The notes: generated by a model not told the origin, from the sequence alone. A stretch of 60,784 nucleotides of DNA, filler included, from Dugesia japonica (GCA_001938525.1; 6 parts of 6 records of this genome joined end to end with filler, not necessarily neighbours in it); one strand, 5' to 3'. Counted from the whole stretch's first letter, positions 1 to 13,683 are shown. Program-made: numbers and translations.

Positions 1-536
1 GGCCCATTTACTGAATTTACGGCGTATTTCAAAGTCTGCCGGCTTTATTTGTTGAGTTATTTGAATCTTGAATGTCTTAAAATGAAGATCCTTATGCACA
101 ATTCTGAATAAGGTTGTTCTTGGAATGGATCGTTGTTGTGAATGACGACGGATTGACGTTTTTGGTTTCTCACTCACACTACAGCTTACAGCTGCAATAT
201 TTGTATCTGAGCGACCACTTTTATGATATTCTTGGCGTCGTTCATCTTTTATCTACCCCCTTTTGATAAATTGTTTGATAACTTTTTGAATTGTCACATG
301 TGACCGACAACTTTCTCTTCCATATTCAGACTTAAATTTTCCGTGAACTTCGACATAACTTTCGCTGTATTTAAAATATTTTTTTATTATAAATACTTCT
401 TGTTCAATGGTATAACGATTCATTTTTAAAAACCTCATGAATTACTATTGCTTATTCAATAATTATTGATTTAATAAAACAAAACATAAATAAATGGAAT
501 TAAATTTAAAATGTAACCTTAAAATGGAACACCCTG
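1..536 (-). mobile_element. Tc1/mariner-superfamily (rosa/maT-like, DUF4817 HTH) transposon, 5' part, decayed
   Basis: Minus translation MNRYTIEQEVFIIKKYF...RG*IKDERRQEYHKSGRSDTNIAAVSCSVSEKPKTSIRRHSQQRSIPRTTLFRIVHKDLHFKTFKIQ with a stop and a frameshift; terminus TA|CAGGGTGTTCCATTTT at 538-521. Confidence 0.8.
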
Positions 537-857
537 TACAACATTCATTATTAGAAAAAAAAGTTAAAATATTATTCAACGAAAATTTAACATAAAATGA
601 ATTATTAAATGAAAAATGAGATTTGAAAATTAACAATGGAATAAATTAGTTTTGAAATGATTTTTGGTATTTAGTGTATGGTGTTAGGTAAATCTTCCAA
701 AGATAATTTACTTTCGATATCAGAACTAATAATTTGAGATATATTATTATACAAAAATTAAAGATAAATATTAAAATAAACACGTTGTAAAAGAATGCAT
801 TTTTCTGATAATAATTATTTTAATCTATTTTTATTCTTCGTAATTATTTATGTCTTT

Positions 858-1530
858 ACATCCCCCAACATTTTTCTCCAAACGCTTTCCATTTTCTCCT
901 TGTAAAACATGCCGTCTTCCATTTATTTTTCAATTATTCGATAAGGACCTTCAAATCTTTCTTGGATTTTATTTCTTGTTTCTACCTTGACGAGGACGCA
1001 ATCTCCTACTTTGAATTCTTTAAAAGTAGTTACTTGTGAAATTTTTCTTTAGTTCTCTCTGAAACATCTGACACGTACCACTTTTCTCTGCTAATTTTAT
1101 TACCGAATACAACATCACTGGGACTCTTTTCAATTGTCTTCATCTTTATGAAATTCATCGTAAATTATATTTTCGGCCATATCTCTGTCCATCTGATGTT
1201 CATCTCTCAAAAGTAGTGGAATTAATTAAATTTTAAATTTTCCTTAAATTTCTTCAAATTGCCTGTTTTCACTGTGATGATAGAAACTCGAAAAGCAAAG
1301 TTTAATGCCTAGTTTCTTTGCAAACTCTATCATAACTATGGATTCAAATGCTTTTCATAAATCTAGTCTTATCTTTCATACCCATCCAAATCTCAATATC
1401 CACTTTTCAAAGTAGCTTTTCATACTGTTCACTCGTCTTGTCTAGGCCATGTTATATGAACCAGATATTTACTAATCAGGTCTGGTATTCCAAGAAAATG
1501 TTTTTCCGTCCATTTGTTTTTATAAATATT
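858..1530 (-). mobile_element. Ty3/Gypsy integrase core + GPY/F region, PPT and start of 3' LTR (decayed)
   Basis: Minus: KWILRFGWV*KIRLDL*KAFESIVMIEFAKKLGIKLCFSSFYHH and EFKVGDCVLVKVETRNKIQERFEGPYRII; purine tract GGGGGA followed by TGTAAAG at 866-854. Confidence 0.8.
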
Positions 1531-2067
1531 TTTTGACAATTTATTATTCATTTTAATTGTTATAATCTATTTCTAACTAGATTAATAATTTATAAATTGT
1601 TATAAAATACATATTTTATTGTTTGAATTTTTGTTTATTCCACATTTTACAAAGTGTTACATTTCATTTAAAAATATTTTTATTCTAAAACCCAGATTAA
1701 TAATTTAAATAAAATCCTTAAATGTGTTGAATTGTATTTGTAGTATATTAAATACATATGATTCTAAAATTATTTAATAAAAATAGTTTAATGTAATTTT
1801 GATGCTGTTTGGAAATTGTTGTAAATATTAGATAGTTTACAATTTAGAAGCATATTATCTCATTATTTCAATATGCCTAATTCGCAATTAGAATTATTCA
1901 GAGAATAATTGTTGAACTAAACAATTTATCGTATTAATCAATAAAACAAATTAAAAGCTTCCATCAAAATATTGTTTTTCTTTATTTTTTTATATAATAT
2001 AATTTGTATTTTTTTAGTTTTTGGTATTATTTTGAATTTTAAACTTTGTCTTTCTCAGAAAAAAAGT

Positions 2068-2185
2068 CAATTCCTAACGAAGACAAATTCGAAATACTAC
2101 CAAGAACTAAAAATAATAAAATATATATTCAAAAATTAAAAAAAAGAAAAACAGTATTTTAATCGAAGCTTTTAATTAAATGAAA
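2068..2185 (+). repeat. Hammerhead-motif-bearing short repeat (Penelope-terminus-like), copy A
   Basis: CAATTC-CTAACGA-AGACAAATTC-GAAA plus tail TTTTAATCGAAGCTTTTAATTAAATGAA, shared with 48360 and 54036. Confidence 0.5.
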
Positions 2186-2251
2186 ATTGAAATATTCAGT
2201 TTACTTTTATCATTAAAATCTTAAATCTCATTTAATAATAGCAAAGAGTAC

Positions 2252-4228
2252 CTTTGATAATTTGTCTGATGTTGGAGAACTTATTGATGTTTTGCCTTTT
2301 GAAGGAGAATTCGAATTTGAACTACAAATACGTCTACTACTTGAAACATCATATGATGATTGTTTTGTCAATTTAGAACCGGTCATTGGAACATCTAAAT
2401 GCTGATTTTGTCCATCCACCGAAGTTCTGATAGATTTTCTTTTAAAAGGTTTTGGATTAATATCGGAATACGTATCATTTTGAGAAAGTAAATTATCTGC
2501 CCCAGTTGAATAGATCATCGTACTCTTTCTCAAATGACGAAGATCCGTACTGCTTGTACTTACAAGTGGGTCAGGATAGAAATTTAATTTATTGCCATAG
2601 AGTGAGGTTTCCGGTTGTTTCATATTTTCAAATGAACTTCTAATGTGATAATTATAATTTGATGAAGAAGGTCTTTGATTATAAAATGCATTGTTTTTAA
2701 GAGGTTGTTTGCTATCATCTATTCGAGTATCAATAGCAATTTCACAAGACCGCTGTTTTGTGATTGGAGTTCTAGAGTATGTTCCACCGTATCTTGTTGG
2801 AGATAAATAATCAAGATTATTAACTGAATCCGAATTTTTTTCTCGAAACAATTGAGAATCTTCAGTAAATGCATAAGGATTGTCTGTCGATCGATGATCT
2901 CTTAGATCCATTGAAGGTTGACGATTTAATAATTTCTTTTTTGGGGATGATTTCACAAAACTCTGACGTCTTGTGTCTAATGGAGGCTGTGTGTTAATTA
3001 AATTTGAATGCGAAGCACCTAGATTTGATCCAAATCTTAATTGTGATTTATCATTTGAAAGTTTCTCATTTTTAATCATATATTTATCTTCACAATAACT
3101 CGAAGACCTTCTTTCGTTGTTTCGTTTATTTGGAAGTTGATTCCAATAATTATCTTCGATATTAGTTGGAGAATCACACGATTTTTGTCTGTAATTAGCT
3201 ATTTTATATTTTTGAGCATAGGAAAATTCCTCACTGATTACTGGAGGACTTTCACAAGATCTTTGTTTTGACAGCGGTACTCTATTAGCGTATCTATTTA
3301 CACTAAGAAAATCCTGACATTCTGATTCTTTATTAGTATTTTCATAATCAGTACTAGTTGTAGATTCAATCGATAAATGTTCAATACCAATTCTAACTTC
3401 AGAATTACCATATTTATTTTGAAATGATTGCTTTCTTGATGAACTATGAGAATCCCTGTGAGATCTTGAGTATGATTCCTGAAGAGGTCGATAATTAGAA
3501 GAAGAATCAAAATAAGTATTTATTTCACAAGACTTCTGTCTTTTTATTTGATCTATTTGTAAATTCCTTGATTTATTAGAATTATCCATTATATCGAATT
3601 GATAATTTGTACTAGCAGATTCCCAAGAATTTTGTTTAAGCAATGGTGACACTTCAATTTTTTTTGGAGATCTGTATCGCTGATTGACAAAATCTGTCAC
3701 TGTTAAATTCAAGGAATTATCGTTTTGATAAGTAGACAAACGTTGTGAAGCAAAACGAGTATTTAATTCTCCCACTGTACCAGACGACTCTTTGAAAGAA
3801 AGTCTGGGATTATGACTACCTGTTAAACGTTGATTGTAAGCAGAATAAAATCTATGATCGTTTTGATGATAATTTAAATCAAATTCTCCATGTATTTTAG
3901 ATGAATCTTTAGTAATATCAGACCGTTCAATAACTCGAACATGTCGATAATGATTCATTTGTTTGATGTCATCTTTAACAAATCCAAAACACGAGTTTCT
4001 AGTGTTTTTCCAGTCACCGCGATATTGTATTGGGTTACTTGAATGCTCCAATTGCAGAATAGCTGTCGTTAATTTAGATATAGATCTTGTTGATTGGCTG
4101 TATCTTCTAGACTGTATAACATCTAACTTGTTAGGAAAATATTCTACTGTTCCTTCGTGACTTGACCATTGTTTTGTAATATGATTTATTCTTGAAGAAT
4201 GTGCCATTTGATAAAGAAGTATTTGCAA
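2252..4228 (-). CDS. Large exon of an unidentified Ser/Asn-rich intrinsically disordered protein
   Basis: 666-codon uninterrupted ORF in very AT-rich DNA; probable donor AAG|GTAC at 2252/2251; first ATG gives MAHSSR; no recognisable globular domain. Confidence 0.8.
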
Positions 4229-4868
4229 TACACTAGGCTTTCAGTTCTATGAGCAACTTACTTGAAAAATCTAACTCGTAATAATAATTATCTGTAGATT
4301 AATTCCGGAGCAGAGTTAGTAATAAAAAAAACCTGTTGTGTTTACATGTTTTAAATAACTACATAAATGAGATATATATTTATTATTTGATTTAGTATCG
4401 CGTAGGAGTTCGTTGGAATGCTTAGATGAAAGTGTGTGATGTATCTACAATAACATCATGACTAGAATAACAGAATATTTCCCATTTAATAATTTATTAA
4501 TACTGCTAAAGTTGCATTAGTGTGTTTTCTAATTTCATTTAATTTCTGACATGCATTCAGTGTGAAACAAACAGCATTATAGTCATTTGAATTTTTTTTA
4601 TTTTAGACTCGTATCTTAATTGAATACATAAATGTGATTATTATTATTTTCGTTTTTTCCCCTAAAAACTGTTATTAATAAATTTTCTAAAATCGTTTTG
4701 ATCATTTATAAATTTATATGAATAGAACGTTTTAATTATGTGATTATAACTAATTCATTAAATTATATAATAAGTTAAATTCAGCTAAATTTTGTATGGA
4801 AATTTAATTCATTTAAAAAATAAAAACTTCGATCAAAATTTGTATTTTTTGGATTTTGAAAATAATTC

Positions 4869-5930
4869 CATCAGGTAACCAAAAAAGTGCGTTTTTTTAT
4901 AAACAGATTTATGAATATTTTTGAAGTTATTATTATAGATGGCGTATGTTTTTCTTTTTATATGATTTAGTATTAATCCATCTTTATTTTAATCAACAAA
5001 ACTTTTCATATATTTTTTGAAATAATATTTAAAAATAATTTCAAATGGACACGAATAAATCCTTAATTCGAGCTTGCTTATTATATGAATTCCAACTGCG
5101 CGATAAAACTATTGATGCGGCCCGAAAAATATTTATCGCGTTTGGTGATCATACCGTAAGTTGCGGAACAGCACAGAAGTGGTTCAAAAGATTTTCTTCA
5201 GTAGATCACAGCTTGACAGACGAAGTACGATCTGGGAGACCAATGGTCATAAACAACGATGATATTAAGAAAGTTGTTGAGTCAAACTCAACCGCAGCGT
5301 GCTCAGAGCTTTCAAATCTGTTCAATGTGAGTGATAAAAGCATTCGATTGCATCTTCACCAAATGGGAAAAACTTGAAAGTTAAGCAAATGTGTTCCACG
5401 TCAATTGTCTAAAGATAACAAATCAAGCCGTCTTAGTATTTGTTCTGCAAACTTAATACCCAATAAAAATATTCTTTTCTGGATAGTTTGCGTCGAAAAA
5501 TGGATATTATACTCCAATTCAAAGCGTTCCTTTCATTGGTTATCATCAACTGATCCAATGCCTCAAACTCTTAGGGCTTCATTGCATCCAAAAAAGATTT
5601 GGTAGGTTTGATGGACAACAGCCGGTACCATTCATTATGAGTTTTTGGAAACTGATCAAACCATAACTTCTGAGTTATAATGTGAACAGCTACAGCGAGT
5701 ACAGGAAGCAATCATAAAGAAACAGCCTTCTTTGATCAATCGAAAGAAAGTGGTATTCTTACAGGACAATGCTAACCCGTGAAAACATTTCCGTACTTGT
5801 CTGAGAATTTTTACCCAACCCTCCATATTTTTCTGTCATTTTGACAAGTGATTATCACTTTTTCTTGGCTCTTGACAACTCTATAAGGCATAGGCAGTTT
5901 TAAACTTGAGTGAATCTAAGTTATCTGAAT
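4869..5930 (+). mobile_element. mariner (DD34D) transposase pseudogene
   Basis: HTH ORF 5045-5377, then CVPRQL (WVPHEL), CVEKWILY (TGDEKW), FLQDNANP (HDNARPH), PPYFSVILTSDYHFF (YSPDLAPSDYHLF); stops and frameshifts; TIR-like TCAGGTAACCAAAAAAGT at 4871. Confidence 0.92.
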
Positions 5931-6129
5931 AAAATGATTCAACTTATTCTTAAAAAACATCCCATATAAATATTTAGTTGTCTGTGCTACCGATATTAAA
6001 TACAATAATTTTAATTACATAAAGTTTTGGGCTCGTCCTAAATCACACCTATTTACTTCTTTAGAATGTCCTCGAAAATCGATAAACCAAATAGAGGTAA
6101 AATATTAGATAAACAGCAGGTCGGTCGCT

Positions 6130-7200
6130 TCGAGCTCAAGAAAGTTCGCAAAGAATCAAAGGAAGTCCAAGATGAAAGCCTGACAATAAAGACAAAGAAA
6201 TCTGTCTTACCAGAACAATTGAGTGTAAGCTATTGGTGTGAGTTATCCTTATTTTAACTACAATAGAATGTTGACAGAGATCGTCAAACGTTATGCAGAC
6301 TGTGAATTTTTTTTCCTGCAAATATCAAAACCCTACGGAAAGAATACGGCACCAAGCAGACAAATGTCGAGCCAGATTGCGTGATAATGGAACAAACCAA
6401 CTTTGGATAACCATAGCGGTGGACGTGTTTAATAAATGTATAAAATAGTCTTATGAAACGTTTTGTTCTAAATGACAAGAAAAAGAAGTGAGTATCAATA
6501 TCCTTAAGACGATTTTCTAAAGATGGGTTACCACAAAGATCCACATAGACCATGGGGTAGATGAACAGCACACGAGGTATTGAAAATGTTCTCCGGGCTT
6601 CAGGGTATCTAGCTTTAGAAGATATATTGAGATAGCAAATAAAACAAATAACAAGGAACCATCTATATGAAAGTTAATAATATCAAAAAACCTCGAAGCC
6701 CAACAATGCTAATGATTTTGAAACCAGAACTTCTGGTATCCATTTCTGGATTTTAGTTCTTCATTAGTTATGAGTTATAAGAGTTCCTCTTCTAAATTTA
6801 ATGAATCTGCTGTATTTTCATTTGCGAAGGAATCTAAAACTCAACTCTGTGCATTCACGTTTTAAATATCCTGGAATAAATACGAAGAACATATACGTTT
6901 TGGCAGTATGTAGGTAACCCTTCTTGTTTTGCAGAGACTGCTGATAGTAGGCAGATATGTCCTCACTGGAACAGATGCTCTCGCTCAAGCAATATGTCCA
7001 ATAAATTTTTGCAAATTTAGCATATGCTAATTCATTGACTTTCTCCCAACTCTGTGAAATTTTTGTTTTTTCCAAAATTTCTAAACGTGTTGCAAAAGCA
7101 TATTGAAAAATCCCATTTGACTTGATAATTCGATTGTCATCAAACTGCTTTGTTGTTAATGAAATGAATTCGATTGTTTTAACAACACCATCTAATTACG
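6130..7200 (-). mobile_element. Possible highly decayed non-LTR (R2/NeSL-like) post-RT region
   Basis: Coding-like composition; RLEILEKTKISQSWEKV...GYLHTAKTYMFFVFIP and a degenerate CCHC-like stretch near 6200-6320; weak resemblance only. Confidence 0.3.
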
Positions 7201-8470
7201 AATTCATAAATTGGTAATAGTTGTATTCAAATTATGGGCAGTCTAAAAAAGAAATTTTTACTTGCTGTTGGTATATGAGAAATATTCTATTTCGGGAATT
7301 GATTGACTCTATACTTCAAAATATGATGAAGATTCACTGGTATTCCCTCCAGATTATAGAATACAATAGGTAATTCATACCAGAATTTTCAACTTAAATT
7401 ACACTTACTACATGTTGCTTATTAGACGAGTTTGGAGTACTCATCGGATAATCAATATCAAAATTCAACTACACAAGAAATTTTATTCAAAAACAAAACT
7501 ATAAACATAAATTTGCTTTTTTCAAACAAATTTAAAAATTAATATTTAAAAGCAAAAAATATCAAATATCAGCATTTTTTAAATATTTGAATTTTCAAAT
7601 TTTATTATTACCAAATTTTAAAATACACTAAAAAATACTTTTCAATTAAAAAAATTTAATACACATTGAAATTTTATATTCAATACACATTCTAAATTTT
7701 TCATACCCTATTTGTACACAATTTGTTTTTAAAAATTTATTATATAACTTATTTTTCTGATACAAATTTCAAATACAAATTTGATTTTAATAAATTTCGC
7801 TTTAAAACACAAAAATTTAAATCTGTTTTAAAAAACTATCTTATAATGCTCCTATATATTTTACGGTAAAATGGTAGTGATCTCGAACTGGATTAACTAT
7901 TTTCTTTTTACACGATTGAGACGTTGTTGCTGCTTTGAACAATAGTTCTTCTGAGAGGGTATCTTTATTTGTTATTTCCAAATTTTTATGTAGTACGGAT
8001 ATTTGATGTTTTTGGTATTTTCTCTTTCATCTTTAAAAATTAAAAACACAATCATATCCAATAAATTTACTTTGTTTATAAAATATTTTACGAACAACAG
8101 TTCAGTTGATATAGGCAAATGTTCTAATGATAATTAGGATAATTTTTTAAAATTGATTCGAAATCAGGATTGTAAAGCATACCTCTGTTACAAAAATGTC
8201 TTCTTTAATCATAAATATTTATTTATTAAATAAACTAATTTGGATAANNNNNNNNNNNNNNNNNNNNNNNNNNNNNNNNNNNNNNNNNNNNNNNNNNNNN
8301 NNNNNNNNNNNNNNNNNNNNNNNNNNNNNNNNNNNNNNNNNNNNNNNNNNNNNNNNNNNNNNNNNNNNNNNNNNNNNNNNNNNNNNNNNNNNNNNNNNNN
8401 NNNNNNNNNNNNNNNNNNNNNNNNNNNNNNNNNNNNNNNNNNNNNNNNNNNNNNNNNNNNNNNNNNNNNN

Positions 8471-9452
8471 CTATTAAGTTTTATTCCAACACATTTGAAA
8501 TTAATTAATTAATTAAAAATTATGACTGGAAGAACCATGATCGATTTGGTTCATTAGATGTAACCTATCTATATGAATCAATTCACATTGCAGAACCTGA
8601 AAATGTCATCGATGTTGTAAGTGATTTCTTTGAAAGATATAAAGAATGAACAGATATTCCAAAGATCACCAAAAATTATTTCAAATCTTTTATCAATTTA
8701 TGTTCTCTGGCAGTATTTTTATTGGTGAACCACTTTTTAAACAAAAAAGTTGTCTAGCAATGAGTAACAATTTGTCTACAATTTTAGCAATAATTTATTT
8801 GAACTTAATTGAAAAAAAATTATTCTTAAAGCTAAGAAGAAGATACATCTATGGTTTAGATATATAGATATTTTCTTTGTTACTAATTCTCCTTTAGAGA
8901 ATATTTTGAAACTAGACAATAGTATAAATGATAACATAAAATTTACTTTAGAGAAGTCAATCGATTTGCAGATTCCTTTTCTGGACACCTAAATCCAAAA
9001 GAAACCTGGTGAATTATTTACTTCCCAGTTATATATGAAACCATTTCACATTGGACATATATTACTCTGGAGTAGTAATACTATCATCAGGCAGAAAATT
9101 GGAATAATCAAGGGCGAGAGAATAAGAGCTGAAAGACTATCTTCAAATGAAGAAATGAGATTGACTTCCCTCACGTTGATAAAAAATAAATTTCTAAATA
9201 ATGGTTATCGAAATAGAATTGTATTTAAGTATTTATCCTCGAATACAAAATTTAATATGATCAAACAAAAGACAAACACAGTAATCAAATTACCCTTTAT
9301 TAATGAGAAATGTAGCCAAATCATGCAAAATGTAAAAAAAACCTCAAATAAAAACCTCAAAACTCAAACATAATTCATAAATTAATATTTAAAACGCAAG
9401 CACCTTTGGGTATCCAATTACAGAAACCAATACAGAATTTTTGTGGTCCCAA
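8471..9452 (+). mobile_element. Penelope-like retroelement reverse transcriptase pseudogene
   Basis: GSLDVTYLYESI; FKQKSCLAMSNNLSTILAIIYL (Q..GLAMG.PLS); WFRYIDIFFV (YIDD decayed); NIKFTLEK...IPFLD; YMKPFHIGHILLWSS; FLNNGY. Confidence 0.88.
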
Positions 9453-9552
9453 NNNNNNNNNNNNNNNNNNNNNNNNNNNNNNNNNNNNNNNNNNNNTTAA
9501 TTAATTAANNNNNNNNNNNNNNNNNNNNNNNNNNNNNNNNNNNNNNNNNNNN
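9453..9552. other. Artificial contig-joining spacer
   Basis: 44 N + TTAATTAATTAA (stops in all six frames) + 44 N; same spacer at 18165-18264, 27799-27898, 36991-37090, 45727-45826. Confidence 0.97.
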
Positions 9553-9839
9553 ATAGATTTTTGAAGGTCATTTACCGTTTTATTTATTTAACTCAGTTAA
9601 ACAAAAGTAAATAAATAATTTCCATAAAATCATAAATCATCAATCATTTTAAATTTAATATAATTAAACAAAATTAATTTAATTTTAATTTAAAATTTAT
9701 TAATTAAAAACTTATTAATTAAAATCTTATGAACTTTAAAAACATTTTCAAACCAATAAAATCTTAAAAGTTTTTAAGAATATATAAAACTATATAGATA
9801 ACTTATAAAATTCTATTATATTCTAAAGAAACCTTATTA

Positions 9840-10165
9840 AAACTTTGCATTATCATGCATTTTTTATTGTTTCCATTGCATTAATGTCACACAAATATGA
9901 CTCATGTTCTTTGTTTAATTGAATTCATGTTGTATTTTCCTTGTTATAGTTGCATTAATGTTGCATTTTATTTCTTATAGTTGCATAAGTGTTACAATTT
10001 TCTTATAATCGATTTCATATTGCATTTCCTTTGTTATAGTTACATTTTCCTTGTTATAGTTGAATTAGTGTTGCAATTTCATTGTTATAGCTGAATTCAT
10101 GTTGCAGTTTCTTTAGTATAATTTCATACGTGTTGCATTGTCTTTGTAATGATTGTATTCATTTT
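9840..10165. repeat. Degenerate tandem repeat (GTTGCATT / TTCCTTGTTATAGTTG units)
   Basis: Recurring TTGTTATAGTTG and GTTGCA(T/A)TT words; similar in style to the TGCA-rich tracts at 28050-28100 and 29580-29630. Confidence 0.6.
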
Positions 10166-11030
10166 AATAGGGGAATATAACAACATGCCTCCCCTCATCA
10201 AAATAAAGTAATTTTTTATTGTATTTGTTTTAATTACTGGGTGTTTTTTAAAGAAATTGTACAATTTGTTTTACTTTTGTGTTTTTATTAATTTTTTTCT
10301 TTAAATTTTTTTTTTGAAATTTTTTTTTTAATTTTTGTTTTAATTTTTTTTTATTTTTCCTTTTTACTGTTTTTTTTTAAAAGTCATTTAATGTCACAAG
10401 TAACACTTTCAAATAGAGAATTAAAAAGTAAGGAAGGAATGCTCATACACTTCTATACTAAAATGCTTCCTTCTGGTCGAAAAATAGGAACAAAGAAATT
10501 TAGTTTTTTGAAGACAGAGTCAAGTAGAAACATGATATCGCAGCGAACTTTAAATTGTTTGACGCACAATCAGACCACAGACAAATTGGTGTACGAAAAT
10601 ATTTCTACTGACGTAATTATAAAAAGTTATTAAACAAAGAAATTTAAAAAAGGGGATAAAATCCATCATTTTTAATTTTTTAAAATTGTTTCTTGTACAA
10701 TTAGTAAAGAATTAAAAACCATCTATACATTGTTTAAAGGATTAGTTTGAGAAAATGTATACTTTACGAGAAAATCACATAAGAAAGAACAAAGGACTTT
10801 TAAAAANTATTTTTAAAATGAATCTTTGGCATCATTTCTTTATCAACATGTATCAAAGTTTATATCATTTGAATGGTAATAAGAAGAAAAATACGTGCGT
10901 CATGTTTTCTAAACCATTTGACGAATAAGTAGCGAGTATTTTGTCATTTAAACATTATACATGAATAAAAAATGAATAAATTAACTACTGACAAAGTGTA
11001 AATAGGTAAAATTTATTTTAAGAAGATTAC

Positions 11031-11294
11031 TTCTTTAGAAATAACATCATTTGGTGGCATATCAATTATGTTCTCATCAATAATGACATCATTTGGTTGT
11101 GCATCAATCATTTTCTCGGTAATAATATTATCATTTGGTTGCGAATCGTTCATCTCTTCCTCTGTTGATGCATCTATTTCAATTATTTCTACATCATATT
11201 CTTGAAAATCATCTACTATTAAATAAATTTTTAGATCAATATTAGTTATTATTATTACCTTGATTCGATGAAGTTATATGTTCAATCATATCGT
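11031..11294 (-). CDS. Two phase-compatible exons (11259-11294, 11031-11212) of an acidic protein with 14-aa repeats
   Basis: tag|ACGAT...CAAG|gt...46-nt intron...tag|ATGAT...GAA|gtaat; reads DMIEHITSSNQDDFQEYDVEIIEIDASTEEE-MNDSQPNDNIITEK-MIDAQPNDVIIDEN-IIDMPPNDVISKE. Confidence 0.6.
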
Positions 11295-11459
11295 CTATAA
11301 TATTATACAAATGCATTACTAATCAGTTGTTAAGTTTATATCAATTCTTTGTTTATCATTAATTTTGGTTGCTTAGCATGTATTTATGATCCATACATGG
11401 ATTAATATGTATAAAAGTTTAATATTCCCACAGGAACCTTTATTATTAATATTTTAAAT

Positions 11460-13180
11460 ATATGAGTATGTTAGCTGTATAATGTATATTATATGACTAT
11501 ATTTGGTTTATTGTATCTTTTAACTAGTTATATTGATGTATTTGTATGTATTTAATGTTATTAGTGAGTGTATTATATGAAATTATTAGGTTTTTGCATG
11601 TATTATATCACTATATTATGTTAATTGTATGTATTATAAGACCCTATTAGGCTTAGTGTATGTATTAGGTTTAATATATGTATGATAATTGTTAATTGAA
11701 TGTATAATATCCCTTGGTTTTCTGTGTATAAGACTGACTTATCTTACTGTTTATGAAGCTCTATTGGAATTTTGTATCAGACTCTAATGAAATCTATGTT
11801 ATGTTTGTAAAAATTACCCATACATCTATGTTATGTTTTAAATTAATACATATACATATATACTATGTTTGAGAATATAACATAGATATTTATGTTATAT
11901 TTGTAAGTTGTGCAGATTAAATGTATTAATATGTATACGAATTAGGTTTTTCAGGAACATATAGTAAATATTTAGAAATAATTACATGACATCTGGTAAA
12001 TTTTTAAAAAATATTTAAGGAACCTTTAATAACTTTACAAAAATTATCGGCTCTCTGGTAAATTTTTGAAATAATTTAGGGACATCTATTAACTTTTTGA
12101 AAACATTACTAGATCTCTGGTAACGTTTTGAAATAATTACCGGATCTCTGATAAATCTTTTAAAATAATTACATGACATCTGATAACTTTTTATTGAAAT
12201 TTTCTGAAATTTTAAAACAATTGTTTAATAAGCTCATATAAAAGCATATAATTACTCTATAAACCTATGAATCTTATAAAATATATATAATTACCATATT
12301 TAACCCTATAAAAGCATAATGAGAATATATAAAACCATACATTTACTCTATAAAAATCTTATAATTCTTATAAAAAGCAAATTAATAACAAATAAAACCA
12401 CATAAATACCCTATAGAAACATAAAAACCCATCAATTATATAAAACTCTATTAAAACCCTATAGTTACCTTATAAAATCCTATAATAACCAAATCTTTAC
12501 CTTATAAAACCTTATAATGACTCTATAATTATCTTAGAAAACTTTATAATAACCATATAGAAACATATAATAACCTTATAAAACCCTATTAAATCATACA
12601 AAAACCAAATTAAAACATATCAACCATATAAAACTCTATTAAATTCATATAATTACCATATAATTACCATATGAAACTCTATAATTACCTTGTGAATCCA
12701 ATAGGACTATATATAACCCTATAAAAGTATATAAAAACCCTTATATTTACTTAGTAAACGAGCTTTTGTATACTTACATTCCTATTTGTAAACCTAAAAT
12801 GTGTTTGTTAATTTGCACAAGTATGATTCACGATCTTTATTCTAGTTTCACTCGTGTTGCAATGTCTTTGTTTGACTTGCATTTTGGGTGTACATGTATG
12901 ATTCATAACCTTTTTAAACATGTATTTGTGTGTATGTATTGGTTCATTGTAAGTGTATTAATTTATTATGGGATAAAAAACTTAATATAAGTTCAATAAT
13001 ATTTTATAAAACTATAAAACCCTAAAAACACTCATACAGCTATATAAAAAAGATTCATATAAAACCCATATAGATAATATTTAACCTTATAATAACCATA
13101 TAAAACTATATAAAAACCCTAAAATGACCATATAAGCCTATATAAAACTCATATAATAACCCATATAAAATTATGCAAAA
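11460..13180. repeat. Low-complexity degenerate repeat tract with strand-skew switches and central TCTGGTAAATTTTTGAAATAATT repeats
   Basis: TG-rich 11460-11950; repeats 11980-12200; CA-rich (AAACCCTATA) 12230-12750; skew alternates again to 13180. Confidence 0.55.
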
Positions 13181-13490
13181 CCAAATCATATTTCATCACT
13201 CAATTTTGCTTAGTAATCAACCATTTGCATTGTATTATGATCGTTGTTAGTATACGAGTTAAATTGTGTATGAATTTAGTTTATTATGCGCATGCTAAGA
13301 TTTTGTACATGTATTGTTCATTACGAATAATTATTGTTTTTTCAAAATGAATTTTTTTTCTTTTAAAAATGACTACAGTTAATTTCTTTTTAAATTACCA
13401 CAACGTAATATATTTTAAAAATGTGTGTCTAAAATTTCTCTGTCCATTATATTTATAGATCTAAATAAATTTGTCACTTTTGTAATAATT

Positions 13491-13683
13491 ATGTATGATA
13501 AAATTATTAAAGAAACAGCTCTTGCTATGCTTGAAGATGGTTTACCGTTTGTGGAAATTTCAAATCACATGAAAGTATCAGTTTCAACTTTATTTAGGTA
13601 GAAAAATGTCAATCAACCAACAAATAAAACCTCTTCAGAGCAAATTAAGAAAATTTTAGAAATAAATTTAAAAACAAAATTCA
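13491..13683 (+). pseudogene. N-terminal helix-turn-helix of a transposase-like protein
   Basis: MYDKIIKETALAMLEDGLPFVEISNHMKVSVSTLFR*K: HTH signature ending in a presumed W->stop. Confidence 0.5.

Noticed and set aside
8196-8512. ORFs containing long X runs (also near 13613, 48150, 51224, 60063)
   Set aside because: Artefacts of translating N gaps
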